From Candidatus Krumholzibacteriota bacterium (GTDB lineage: Bacteria; Krumholzibacteriota; Krumholzibacteriia; JAJRXK01), in the NCBI GenBank assembly GCA_963727455.1, contig CAVSGG010000005.1:288001-352000 (forward strand): a stretch of 64,000 nucleotides of DNA, in the 5' to 3' direction. Below the pieces are notes generated by a model. The model was not told the DNA's origin, did no database searches, and saw only the letters and a program-made list of their open reading frames with translations. This document shows, one piece after another, positions 1 through 10,822 of this stretch (the stretch's first letter is position 1; every line of letters starts with the position of its first letter). The position numbers and the translations under genes are program-made.

Positions 1-1920
1 AGCCACGATCCCAACGACTACGAGATCGGTAAGCGACACGACCTGCCCTTCGTGAACATCCTGCGCCCAGACGGAAAGTTGAGCGATACGGTTCCGGTGC
101 GTTTCCGCGGTCTGGACCGTTTCGAGGCGCGCGAACGCGTGGTGGAGGAACTCCAAGAGTTGGGGCTGGTGGAAAAGGTGCAAGCCCACGTTCACAACGT
201 GGGGTATCACGATCGTACCGGCACCATCATCGAGCCCTTCGTCTCCACCCAGTGGTTCCTCAAGATGGAAGGTCTGGCTCAACCCGCGCTGGAAGCCGTG
301 CAAAAGGGTGAGATCACCCTTTTCCCGGAGCGCTGGGTGGGGGTGTACTACAACTGGATGACCAAGATTCGTGACTGGTGTATCTCGCGGCAGCTCTGGT
401 GGGGGCATCGAATTCCGGTTTGGTACTGCTCCGAGGGACACGTCAATGTGGCGCGTGAGGAGCCAACGAAATGCGGAACCTGCGGCGGCACTGCGCTGCG
501 TCAAGACGAAGACGTTCTGGATACCTGGTTTTCCTCCTGGCTCTGGACTTTTTCTCCTCTGGGCTGGCCCGAGGAGACCGAAGATCTGAAGAGATATCAC
601 CCGACCTCCACTTTGGTGACGGGCCACGAGATCATCTTCTTCTGGGTCGCTCGGATGATCATGGCTTCCTACGAGTTTCTGGGGGAGAAGCCCTTTTCCG
701 AAGTCGTCTTCACTGGAATCGTGCGCGACGATCAGGGCCGCAAGATGTCCAAGTCCTTGGGCAATTCGCCGGATCCTATCGAGATCATCGAAAAATACGG
801 AGCAGACGCTCTTCGTTTCGTGCTCTTGATGCTGGCGCCCACGGGTCAGGACATCAACTTCGGCGAGGAGATGGTCGAAACCGGTCAGCATTTCTGCAAC
901 AAGATCTGGAATGCGACGCGACTCTTGTTCTCGAATCTCGACTCGGCTCAAATCAAATTCCCCCCCGCCGATCCACAGGACATGGCGGAGGATCTCGGTG
1001 CGCCTAGCTCCAGTGAAGATCCGGAGGCGCTCTTCGCCTCGCTGTATCGCAAGCTTTTCGGCAGCGATCTGCCCGAAGTCCCAACTGGATCGCTGTGTTT
1101 GGAAGATCGGTGGATGCTTCAGGAGCTGGCCGACGCTGCCAGGCGGGTGGGAGCCGCCATCGAATCCCGCCGTCTCAACGATGCTGCCCACGGAGTCTAC
1201 GATGTTTTTTGGAAGGAGTTCTGCGACTGGTATCTCGAGGCGATCAAGCCGCGATTGCAGGGCGACGATATCGCCGATCGCAACACCGCTCTGCTGGTCG
1301 CGCTCACCGTTCATGGCGCGCTGCTACGCCTCCTGCATCCCTTCTTGCCGAACCTGAGCGAAGAGTTGTGGGAGAACCATCCGGCCAGCGCAGGATTCTG
1401 CATGACGGCGCCGTTTCCCAGTTTCAGCTCGCCCTTACCCTTCGCGGAGGACGCGGAACGCTTCGCCCTGGTCAAGGAACTGGTCAGCTCGGCACGAAAT
1501 CTGCGCCATGAGCTGAACGTGGCTCCGGGCAAGCGGGGTCGTCTGCTGCTACGGTCCCCCGAATCGAGCCTCGCATCGCTCCGCGCACTGGCCAATCATG
1601 TGGCCGTATTGGCGAAAATGGAGGCGGTGGAGGTGGAGGGTCCGGGGGAAAAGCCCGAACGGAGCGTGGCCGCGGTCGTGGGGGAGGTGGAAATCTATTT
1701 GCCGATCGAGGGGCTCATCGATCCGAAGAAAGAGGAAGCGCGCTTGCGGAAGGAAGTGGAGCAGACCCGGGGGAGGCTGAAAGGCTTGCGAGCCAAGCTC
1801 TCGAATGAGAACTTCTTGAAGAAAGCTCCGTTGGAGGTCGTGGAGAGGCAGCGTGCTCTGGCCGAAGAGGTCGAGGAGACCCTGAAGAAACTCGAGCAAC
1901 AGCTGGCGGATCTGGAGTGA
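1..1920 (+). CDS. valS: Valyl-tRNA synthetase (5' partial, begins before the window)
   Basis: Open frame from base 1 (SHDPNDYEIG). DWCISRQLWWGHRIP, DVLDTWFSS, KMSKS, GADALRF motifs and C-terminal coiled-coil arm. Confidence 0.98.
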   Translation, partial: SHDPNDYEIGKRHDLPFVNILRPDGKLSDTVPVRFRGLDRFEARERVVEELQELGLVEKVQAHVHNVGYHDRTGTIIEPFVSTQWFLKMEGLAQPALEAVQKGEITLFPERWVGVYYNWMTKIRDWCISRQLWWGHRIPVWYCSEGHVNVAREEPTKCGTCGGTALRQDEDVLDTWFSSWLWTFSPLGWPEETEDLKRYHPTSTLVTGHEIIFFWVARMIMASYEFLGEKPFSEVVFTGIVRDDQGRKMSKSLGNSPDPIEIIEKYGADALRFVLLMLAPTGQDINFGEEMVETGQHFCNKIWNATRLLFSNLDSAQIKFPPADPQDMAEDLGAPSSSEDPEALFASLYRKLFGSDLPEVPTGSLCLEDRWMLQELADAARRVGAAIESRRLNDAAHGVYDVFWKEFCDWYLEAIKPRLQGDDIADRNTALLVALTVHGALLRLLHPFLPNLSEELWENHPASAGFCMTAPFPSFSSPLPFAEDAERFALVKELVSSARNLRHELNVAPGKRGRLLLRSPESSLASLRALANHVAVLAKMEAVEVEGPGEKPERSVAAVVGEVEIYLPIEGLIDPKKEEARLRKEVEQTRGRLKGLRAKLSNENFLKKAPLEVVERQRALAEEVEETLKKLEQQLADLE

Positions 1921-3206
1921 GCGTGAACACGAAGAACGAGAAGGATTATCGCAGTCTGGGCGAGATCCTGCGCGATTGCCGGGAGCAACGCGGGCTATCG
2001 GTGGAAGACGTTTCCGAGGCTACCAAGATCTCGCCACGTGTTCTCAATTCCATGGAAGCCGACGGAGTGGGTGAACTCGCAGGTCCGCTCTACGTGCGAA
2101 GTTTCGTCAAGACCCTGGCAGCGTTCTACGACCAGGACGAGGCCTGGCTGCTCACGCGCCTCGAATCCCTCGACCAGGGAGCCACTCGACCGGTTCCACC
2201 GGTGAAGCTGCGTCCGCACGATGCGGGAACGCCGGTTCCCACTCCCAAGACGCTTGTCCCCGAGCCGCAGCGTGAAGTCACCACCTGGAGAGTCGAGACC
2301 GTCGACGACACCACGGTAAAGCGCATTGAGGGCAAGACGGGCATACCGACTTCGCGTTGGGTGTGGATCGTGGTGGCAGTCATCGTGATTCTACTTGCGG
2401 TGTGGATTTTTCAAGGCAATAACTCCGGGACGCAACATTCCGACCAGGGAGTTCGTGCGAAGGAGATGATCACTCAGGACACAGAGCCCCAGGCCGAGAG
2501 CCCGAGCGGTGAGACTCCCGCGAAGGAGCCCGAAGGCCTCGTCCCTGGTACTTCCGGCAACCGTGAGGAGTCGGACCAGCAAGATCGGGCAACCGTGGTG
2601 GTGCAGAACAGGGTCTCTCGCTTGAGTAACGCGGTTCCCGAACCGGGAAAGCCGGCAGTGGATCTCAACCACGCGATTTTGGCCGGAGCCGACCCGTCCG
2701 CGACGGGACAGGGCAAGACTTCCGCAGCCAAGAGCCCGCCGGCCAAGGCGCCGCCCGAGCAAGTCGATTCGGCCAGCAAGCAAGAGCCGGCTCCCGCGGC
2801 CCCGGACACGGAGGCCGAGGCGAAGACGGAAACGGAGTCCCCCGCCCAGAGTACAGCCCCCACCAGTTCCGAGTCCGATGCCAAGCAAACTAGAGAGAGC
2901 ACGAGCTTGCAGCGACTGGGAAGTATTGTACGGCCTGGATTGAAACCAGCGGTCGCCGGCGAGCTCTCCCTCGATTTGAGGGCGAACCGTGCGACCGAGC
3001 TTCGAGTCTCGGTGGATGGGGCGATTCCCCAGCGACGCTCCCTACAGGCCGGAGAGATCTGGCACCTCACGGCCCGAGATCACTTCTCCCTCTTTCTGCA
3101 GGATCCCTCCGCTCTGGCAGTCCAACTCAATGGCAAGACGCGCACGCCCCCCGAGGGCCTCGATGGCGGTGAGTGGCTACTTTACCCTCTCGACGAGAGT
3201 CAGTAG
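1917..3206 (+). CDS. rodZ: RodZ-like protein (N-terminal HTH, single TM, low-complexity linker, C-terminal DUF4115-like domain)
   Basis: [25 protein letters not shown]...[13 protein letters not shown]; [20 protein letters not shown]; beta-rich C-terminal domain. GTGA overlap with valS. Confidence 0.8.
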   Translation: MSVNTKNEKDYRSLGEILRDCREQRGLSVEDVSEATKISPRVLNSMEADGVGELAGPLYVRSFVKTLAAFYDQDEAWLLTRLESLDQGATRPVPPVKLRPHDAGTPVPTPKTLVPEPQREVTTWRVETVDDTTVKRIEGKTGIPTSRWVWIVVAVIVILLAVWIFQGNNSGTQHSDQGVRAKEMITQDTEPQAESPSGETPAKEPEGLVPGTSGNREESDQQDRATVVVQNRVSRLSNAVPEPGKPAVDLNHAILAGADPSATGQGKTSAAKSPPAKAPPEQVDSASKQEPAPAAPDTEAEAKTETESPAQSTAPTSSESDAKQTRESTSLQRLGSIVRPGLKPAVAGELSLDLRANRATELRVSVDGAIPQRRSLQAGEIWHLTARDHFSLFLQDPSALAVQLNGKTRTPPEGLDGGEWLLYPLDESQ

Positions 3207-3217
3207 CCGGTAGGACC

Positions 3218-5305
3218 ATGGCGCGAGAATTCAAGCTGCACCAACCATTTCTCCTCACCGGAGACCAACCGCGCGCGGTAAAGGAGATCGTGGAGGCCTA
3301 CCGCGCGGGTCAGAACGAGCAGGTACTGTTGGGAGTGACCGGCAGCGGCAAGACCTACACCATGGCCAACGTGATCCAGGAACTGCAGGTTCCCACGCTG
3401 GTCCTCAGCCACAACAAGACCCTGGCCGCGCAACTTTACGGCGAGCTGCGCGGTTTCTTTCCGGAAAACGCCGTCGAGTTCTTCATTTCGTATTACGATT
3501 ACTACCAGCCGGAAGCGTTCATCCCTTCTTCGAACACGTATATCGAGAAAGACGCCAGCATCAACGACGAGATCGATCGTCTGCGTCTTCGCGCTACCTC
3601 CTCGCTGCTGGCGCGTAAGGACGTGATCGTGGTCGCCAGCGTATCGTGCATCTTCGGTCTGGGAAATCCGGAAAACTTCAAGCGCCAGGTCATCGCCCTG
3701 GAGCTTGGAGCTGAATTTGACCGCGAGAAACTACTTGCCGAGCTCGTCTCCATTCAATACACGCGCAATGACGTGGCATTTACCCGCGGGACATTTCGGG
3801 TACGCGGGGATGTCGTGGAAATCAAGCCAGCCTACGAGGAAGAGATCGTACGGGTGGAACTCTTCGGTGATGAGATCGATCGGATTGCGATTGTCGATCC
3901 CATCACAGGGGAAGTGCGGTCCCGCGTAGAATCCTACACGATTTATCCGGCCAGCCTCTTCGTGACGGATCGAGAGCAACTGGAGGGGATCGTGAACGGG
4001 ATTGGCAAGGAGTTGGAAGAACGGTTGGCGGAATTCGACAGCATGGGAAGGGTCCTGGAGGCTCAACGTCTCGCATCACGCACGCGCTACGACATGGAGA
4101 TGTTGCTCGAGATGGGCTACTGCTCGGGAGTGGAGAACTACTCGCGCTACTTCGATGGACGCCGTCCCGGACAGCGTCCAGCCTGCTTGCTCGATTACTT
4201 CCCGAAGGAGTGGCTCTTGATCATGGACGAGAGTCACGTGAGCGTGAGCCAGGTCGGCGCCATGTACAACGGGGACCGCAGCCGCAAAGAGACTCTGGTG
4301 GAGCACGGTTTCCGGCTGCCGAGCGCGCTGGACAACCGGCCTCTCACCTTCGAGGAATTCAATCAACTGAAGCCGGCTACTATCTACGTTAGTGCAACCC
4401 CGGGCGATTACGAGCTGGAGCGATGCGGCGGAGTAGTGGTGGAGCAGATCATCCGTCCCACCGGACTCATGGATCCGAAGGTCGAGCTGCGGCCAGTAGA
4501 AGGTCAGGTCGATGACCTCATGAAGGAGATTCAGGACACGGTGAGCAAGTCCTACCGCGTTCTGGTGACCACCCTTACCAAGCGGATGGCGGAAGATCTC
4601 ACCGACTATCTCTCTTCTCACGGGGCACGCGTACAGTATCTTCACAGTGACATTGCCGCTCTGGACCGCGTCGAGATCCTGCGAGGTTTGCGCTTGGGAG
4701 AATTCGACGTCTTGGTCGGCATCAACTTGCTCCGAGAAGGTCTGGATCTGCCCGAGGTCGGCCTGGTGGCTGTCCTCGACGCGGACAAGGAAGGATTCCT
4801 TCGCAGCGAGAGGAGCCTCATTCAGACCGCCGGTCGCGCCGCGAGGAACGTAGACGGACGCGTCATTCTCTACGCGGACTCGATGACCGGATCCATGCAA
4901 CGCGCGATCGAGGAGACGAACCGCCGCCGAGCGATTCAAAAGACCTACAACGAAAAGCACGGAATTACGCCGAGGAGCATTCAGAAGTCCACGGACGACA
5001 TCATGCTCAGCACGAGCGCGGCAGACGGGGTTCGTGAGGGCCCAGAACAAGCGAGCTCCTCTCGCCAAAGCGGTATTCTGGATCACCTTCAGGATCTGAG
5101 TCCGGCCGAAATGCTCGAGCAACTCACGACCGAGATGTACAAAGCGGCCAAGGAGCTCGACTTCGAAACCGCGGCCGTACTGCGCGATCGCATCGACGAG
5201 ATGCGATTGGAAGAAGAGCTAGCTGGACCGAAGAGCGTCCAGAAGGAACGCCGCCGGGTCGGCCGGAACAAGAAGAAAGCGAGTCCCGCGAGGAGACCGA
5301 AATGA
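3218..5305 (+). CDS. uvrB: Excinuclease ABC subunit B
   Basis: [35 protein letters not shown] and C-terminal UVR domain. ATG at 3218 follows AGGA. Confidence 0.98.
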   Translation: MAREFKLHQPFLLTGDQPRAVKEIVEAYRAGQNEQVLLGVTGSGKTYTMANVIQELQVPTLVLSHNKTLAAQLYGELRGFFPENAVEFFISYYDYYQPEAFIPSSNTYIEKDASINDEIDRLRLRATSSLLARKDVIVVASVSCIFGLGNPENFKRQVIALELGAEFDREKLLAELVSIQYTRNDVAFTRGTFRVRGDVVEIKPAYEEEIVRVELFGDEIDRIAIVDPITGEVRSRVESYTIYPASLFVTDREQLEGIVNGIGKELEERLAEFDSMGRVLEAQRLASRTRYDMEMLLEMGYCSGVENYSRYFDGRRPGQRPACLLDYFPKEWLLIMDESHVSVSQVGAMYNGDRSRKETLVEHGFRLPSALDNRPLTFEEFNQLKPATIYVSATPGDYELERCGGVVVEQIIRPTGLMDPKVELRPVEGQVDDLMKEIQDTVSKSYRVLVTTLTKRMAEDLTDYLSSHGARVQYLHSDIAALDRVEILRGLRLGEFDVLVGINLLREGLDLPEVGLVAVLDADKEGFLRSERSLIQTAGRAARNVDGRVILYADSMTGSMQRAIEETNRRRAIQKTYNEKHGITPRSIQKSTDDIMLSTSAADGVREGPEQASSSRQSGILDHLQDLSPAEMLEQLTTEMYKAAKELDFETAAVLRDRIDEMRLEEELAGPKSVQKERRRVGRNKKKASPARRPK

Positions 5306-6165
5306 CGTCTATCCCGGCAGAGTTCACGAGCCTGGAACGCGAGAGCGCCCGTCGCATCATCGAAATCGCGCTCGAGGAAGATGCCGCCCGGCAAGACATC
5401 ACGAGCTCGATCTGTGTGGAAGAGGGCAGAAGGGCGCGGGCCGTCATTCGCTCCCGCCAGGCCGGAGTCCTGGCGGGACTACCCTGCGTGGCGCTCACTC
5501 TTTCCTCCCTCGGCGGGGAATATCAGCTGGACGAGGTGGCGAAGGACGGACAGTCCCTGCATCCCGGTGAACTCGTGGCGCGAGTGGAAGGGCCATTGTC
5601 CCTCTTGCTCTCGGCCGAGCGCACCTTCCTCAATCTCCTCTGCTCATTGAGTGGAGTCGCGACGCTGACGCGCAGCTACGTGGAACGGGCCGGGCCCCAT
5701 TGCCAGATTCTGGATACCCGCAAGACTTGGCCGGGAATGCGAGTTCTGCAGAAGTACGCGGTGAGATGCGGAGGAGGGAAGAACCACCGCATGGGACTCT
5801 CCGATGCGGTGATGGTGAAGGACAATCACCGTGCCGGGGGACGCACGCTGGAGGAAGTCGTAAAGCTAGTGCGTGTCCAAGCTCCAAACTTGCCTCTCAT
5901 CGTGGAGGCCGACGACTTACCCGCGGTCTCGGAGGCGCTGGGCCTGGGAGTGGATCGTGTTCTCCTGGACAATTTCGACGCCGTCGCGGTGAGGGAGGCG
6001 TGTCGCCTTCGCAAGGAGTTGGGGGTGGAGGTCGAGTTCGAGGTCTCAGGCGGAGTACACCTCGATTCGGTCGCGGAATTGGCGCGCGCCGGAGCGGACA
6101 TGGTCTCGGTGGGCGCTCTCACCCACTCGGCTCCCGGGTTGGACCTGGGCCTCGATTTGGATTGA
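5302..6165 (+). CDS. nadC: Quinolinate phosphoribosyltransferase
   Basis: [32 protein letters not shown] motifs. Confidence 0.96.
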   Translation: MTSIPAEFTSLERESARRIIEIALEEDAARQDITSSICVEEGRRARAVIRSRQAGVLAGLPCVALTLSSLGGEYQLDEVAKDGQSLHPGELVARVEGPLSLLLSAERTFLNLLCSLSGVATLTRSYVERAGPHCQILDTRKTWPGMRVLQKYAVRCGGGKNHRMGLSDAVMVKDNHRAGGRTLEEVVKLVRVQAPNLPLIVEADDLPAVSEALGLGVDRVLLDNFDAVAVREACRLRKELGVEVEFEVSGGVHLDSVAELARAGADMVSVGALTHSAPGLDLGLDLD

Positions 6166-6956
6166 CCGTGGACGACGCGCTCGAGCTGCCCCATCTCAGA
6201 ACTTCTTGTTTCGGACGCAGCGGGAGATTCTATCCAGTCGTCGACTCCACGAACCAGCGCTTGTTGGAGTGGGCGGTCGAGGGGGCGCCACACGGGGCGA
6301 GCATACTCGCGCTGGAACAGACGGCGGGACGTGGGCGCCAGGGCCGTAGTTGGCAGAGTGAGGCGGGCTGCGGCCTCTTTGCCTCCTTGCTCTTGCGTCC
6401 CGAGCGTTCCCTTGCTGGCAGCGCTGCGTTCTCTCTGGTTGCCGCCTTGGCGGTGGCGGAAACCCTCAATCGCACGAGCGAGGTCGAGTGTGCGGTGAAA
6501 TGGCCCAACGATTTGACGGTCGAGGGGAAGAAGATCGCGGGAATTCTGCTGGAAGCCCGCGGCGGCCAGAGGCCTTTCTTTGTGGTCGGTCTGGGTCTCA
6601 ACTTGCGGCCGCCTGCTACCGGATGGCCCGAAGCGTTGCGGTCGCGCGCGGTCAGCCTGTCGGAGATCTCCAGCAGGTCGCACTCCGAGCGAATGCTCTG
6701 GGCCGAGATCTTGAACCGGCTGGAGCAAATGTGGGATCGTTTCCGTGCGCGAGGTTTTGCGGCATTCCAGGACGAGTGGCACGCACGCGACACTCTGCGG
6801 GGGCAGCACGTGCGCGTTCAGAGCGGAGACAGCCGCTTCCATTGTCAGGTCGAAGGGGTTGACTCCGAAGGCCGCCTGCGAGCGAGGCTCCACGATGGAT
6901 CCGTTCTGCGGCTGGAAGCGGGCGAGGTCCATCTACACCGCGAGGGCGAGGAATGA
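6162..6956 (+). CDS. birA: Biotin-[acetyl-CoA carboxylase] ligase (no HTH); start TTG 6162 or GTG 6168
   Basis: VDSTN, QTAGRGRQGRSW, KWPND, KIAGIL motifs in the 3' part of ORF 5700..6956. Confidence 0.93.
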   Translation: MTVDDALELPHLRTSCFGRSGRFYPVVDSTNQRLLEWAVEGAPHGASILALEQTAGRGRQGRSWQSEAGCGLFASLLLRPERSLAGSAAFSLVAALAVAETLNRTSEVECAVKWPNDLTVEGKKIAGILLEARGGQRPFFVVGLGLNLRPPATGWPEALRSRAVSLSEISSRSHSERMLWAEILNRLEQMWDRFRARGFAAFQDEWHARDTLRGQHVRVQSGDSRFHCQVEGVDSEGRLRARLHDGSVLRLEAGEVHLHREGEE

Positions 6957-7711
6957 GCGTTTTCAGCCTCGACATCGGCAACAGCAAGAGCGAGGTGGCG
7001 ATCGTGGAGAACGGTCGCGTGACGGACTTTCTGTGCGAGCGGCACGAGACCGGAGACGACGAGAATCAGCTCGCAGTATTGCATGCTTGGTGTTGCGAAC
7101 GAATCGCCGAAAACTCTCCCTTCGGGGTGGTGGTGGCGAGCGTAGTCCCCGAGAGACTTGAGATTTGGAATGCGCTCTGGAAGAAGAACGAGGCAACCCG
7201 CGCGCTCCCGCTGCAGGAGGTAAATGCGCAAACCGCCTTTCCCTTCTCGGTCGCGATCGAAGATCCCAAAGGTGTAGGGGCGGACCGTTGGTGCAACCTG
7301 GCCGGCGCCGTGGCGCGAGGATATACGAGCGCCCTGGTGGTCGACCTGGGGACCGCGAACACCTACGATCTCCTGCTCGATGGCAGCTTCGCGGGGGGGC
7401 TCATTGCTCCCGGGCTGAATTCCTCTCTGCGCGCTCTCACCCAGGCGGGATCGCTCCTGCCCGAAGTGGAGTTCCAGTGCCCGCAGCGCTTGCTTGGCCA
7501 AGCCACCGTCGAGGCCATCCAGGCGGGCAGCTGGTTCCAGGGTGTTTTGGGGGTGGAGGCGGTGATCGAGCGCGTTCGCTTGGAGAACGGCAATCCCCCC
7601 GTTCTTCTCACCGGCGGGATGAGTGCTCTGGTCGCCTCCGCGATCGCTGGCATCGAATTGGTAGAGGCCCATCTGACCCTGGAGGGCGCGGCCGGTCTCT
7701 ACCGCTCCTAG
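6953..7711 (+). CDS. coaX: Type III pantothenate kinase
   Basis: LDIGNS, GADR, VVDLGTA, GGLIAPG, LTGG motifs; ATGA overlap with birA. Confidence 0.94.
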   Translation: MSVFSLDIGNSKSEVAIVENGRVTDFLCERHETGDDENQLAVLHAWCCERIAENSPFGVVVASVVPERLEIWNALWKKNEATRALPLQEVNAQTAFPFSVAIEDPKGVGADRWCNLAGAVARGYTSALVVDLGTANTYDLLLDGSFAGGLIAPGLNSSLRALTQAGSLLPEVEFQCPQRLLGQATVEAIQAGSWFQGVLGVEAVIERVRLENGNPPVLLTGGMSALVASAIAGIELVEAHLTLEGAAGLYRS

Positions 7712-7763
7712 GCCTCGAAGGAGCGCGCTCTGCGAGGCCTGCGAAGTTCCGCGCCCTGCCATT

Positions 7764-7790
7764 TTGGCAGACTCCCTCCCCTCTTGCCAA
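7764..7790 (+). promoter_or_regulatory. CIRCE-like operator 1, overlapping the -35 element
   Basis: TTGGCAGAC-N9-TCTTGCCAA upstream of groES; CIRCE consensus is TTAGCACTC-N9-GAGTGCTAA. Confidence 0.55.
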
Positions 7791-7811
7791 ATCTCAGACC
7801 GTGACTATTCT
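7784..7811 (+). promoter_or_regulatory. Putative sigma70-type promoter of groESL
   Basis: TTGCCA-16 nt-TATTCT. Confidence 0.5.
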
Positions 7812-7820
7812 TGGGGCCGA

Positions 7821-7847
7821 TTAGCAGATGACATGGTCGTCTGCTGA
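7821..7847 (+). promoter_or_regulatory. CIRCE-like operator 2 (HrcA site)
   Basis: TTAGCAGAT-N9-GTCTGCTGA imperfect inverted repeat with 9-nt spacer, just downstream of the -10. Confidence 0.7.
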
Positions 7848-7952
7848 AAACGGTTCTCAGGGGGGAAACCCTCGGTTTACCTCCCTATTGGCCACTTTGA
7901 GGCCAGGTCCATGAACGATCCGCCCCGCGGGGGCGGTTTCAGGAGGAGATCC

Positions 7953-8231
7953 ATGAGCATCAAACCGCTTGGAGACCGCGTGCTGGTCCAGGCTCTGACC
8001 ACCGAGAAGAGCAAGGGCGGGATCATCATTCCGGATACGGCCAAGGAGAAGCCCCAAGAGGGCAAGATCATCGCGGTCGGCCCCGGTCGTGTCGAGAACG
8101 GTGAGCGCGTCAAGCCCGAAGTGAAGAAGGGCGATCTCGTGCTCTTCGGGAAGTACGCCGGCACCGAAATCACGGTCGACACCAAGGAATATTTGATCAT
8201 TCGGGAGTCCGACATTCTCGCGGTCCTGTAG
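7953..8231 (+). CDS. groES: Co-chaperonin GroES
   Basis: [24 protein letters not shown]; AGGAGG SD before ATG 7953. Confidence 0.98.
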   Translation: MSIKPLGDRVLVQALTTEKSKGGIIIPDTAKEKPQEGKIIAVGPGRVENGERVKPEVKKGDLVLFGKYAGTEITVDTKEYLIIRESDILAVL

Positions 8232-8283
8232 ACCGTGACCCAACTCCCCGCACTCAGTTCTTTATCAAGGAGAGTCCAGGATC

Positions 8284-9927
<1,644 letters not shown>

Positions 9928-9954
9928 AATCCCGTTCGTCTTTCGGTCGGACAC

Positions 9955-9987
9955 AAGGGGTCGCGCCGCAGGGCGCGGCCCTTTTTT
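9955..9987 (+). terminator. Intrinsic terminator after groEL
   Basis: GGGTCGCGCC-GCAG-GGCGCGGCCC hairpin followed by T6. Confidence 0.85.
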
Positions 9988-10228
9988 GTATTCAGCGAGT
10001 GAAATTCGATTGCACGTTTCGCATGGAAATGTCGCTTCTCTGGGTAGTCGGCCGGAAATTCGGGTCGCGTCACTTGGAGGCGGGTTCGCGCGCCGGGTAG
10101 GGAGCCAACGGCGCGTGTCCCGTCTCCTACGTCCTAATGACGACCCAACTGGCCCGGTTTCGATTTCATGTGTTAGACTAGCCGCAGGCTCTCAGGAGTT
10201 TCCCCCGCAGGAATTGGTCCCAAAAAGA

Positions 10229-10822
10229 GTGCCTTCTCCGACCGACTCGCCCATTACGGGAATTCTCGTGGCGATGCGGGATGATCCCGCACGCGCCGAG
10301 GAACTCTCCGAGAGTCTGTACCAGCATACCTATCCCCATTTGCACAATTTGGCGCGACGGCTCATGGGGGCCGAGCGCGGAGATCACACGCTACAGCCCA
10401 CCGCTCTGGTCAACGAGGCGTATCTCCGGCTCGTCGATGGGAAACGTGTCGACTGGGAGGGCCGCAGTCACTTCTTCTGCATCGCAGCTCGTATCATGCG
10501 GCGGGTTCTCATCGATCATGCGCGCGCGCGGGCACGGGCCAAACGCGGAGGGAAGTGGTGCCAGGTTACACTACATGAGCAGTTGCATCAGCGAGACTTC
10601 GACGCCCTCGATCTCCTCGTCCTCGAGGACACCTTGAAGCAGCTCGAGGGTCGACATCCCCGCATGGCAAGGGTCGTCGAATTACGCGTGTTCGGGGGCA
10701 TGACCATGAAGGAGATCGCCCACGTCCTTGGTGTTTCCAAACGAACGGCGGACGAGGACTGGAGCTTCGCCCGGCGTTGGCTGGCCCGGGAGCTCGCCAA
10801 CGAGACGCAGGAAGAACGTTGA
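10229..10822 (+). CDS. ECF sigma factor, kinase-associated (ECF43/TIGR02999-like); start approximate (GTG 10229)
   Basis: DHTLQPTALVNEAYLRL, RSHFFCIAARIMRRVLIDHAR, VVELRVFGGMTMKEIA...W..ARRWL. Confidence 0.9.
   Translation: MPSPTDSPITGILVAMRDDPARAEELSESLYQHTYPHLHNLARRLMGAERGDHTLQPTALVNEAYLRLVDGKRVDWEGRSHFFCIAARIMRRVLIDHARARARAKRGGKWCQVTLHEQLHQRDFDALDLLVLEDTLKQLEGRHPRMARVVELRVFGGMTMKEIAHVLGVSKRTADEDWSFARRWLARELANETQEER

Noticed and set aside
5700-6161. N-terminal extension of the BirA ORF (likewise extensions at 9986, 26589, 31332, 51944, 55277, 57298, 61645)
   Set aside because: They overlap neighbouring genes or intergenic regions; homology motifs and RBSs start further downstream.
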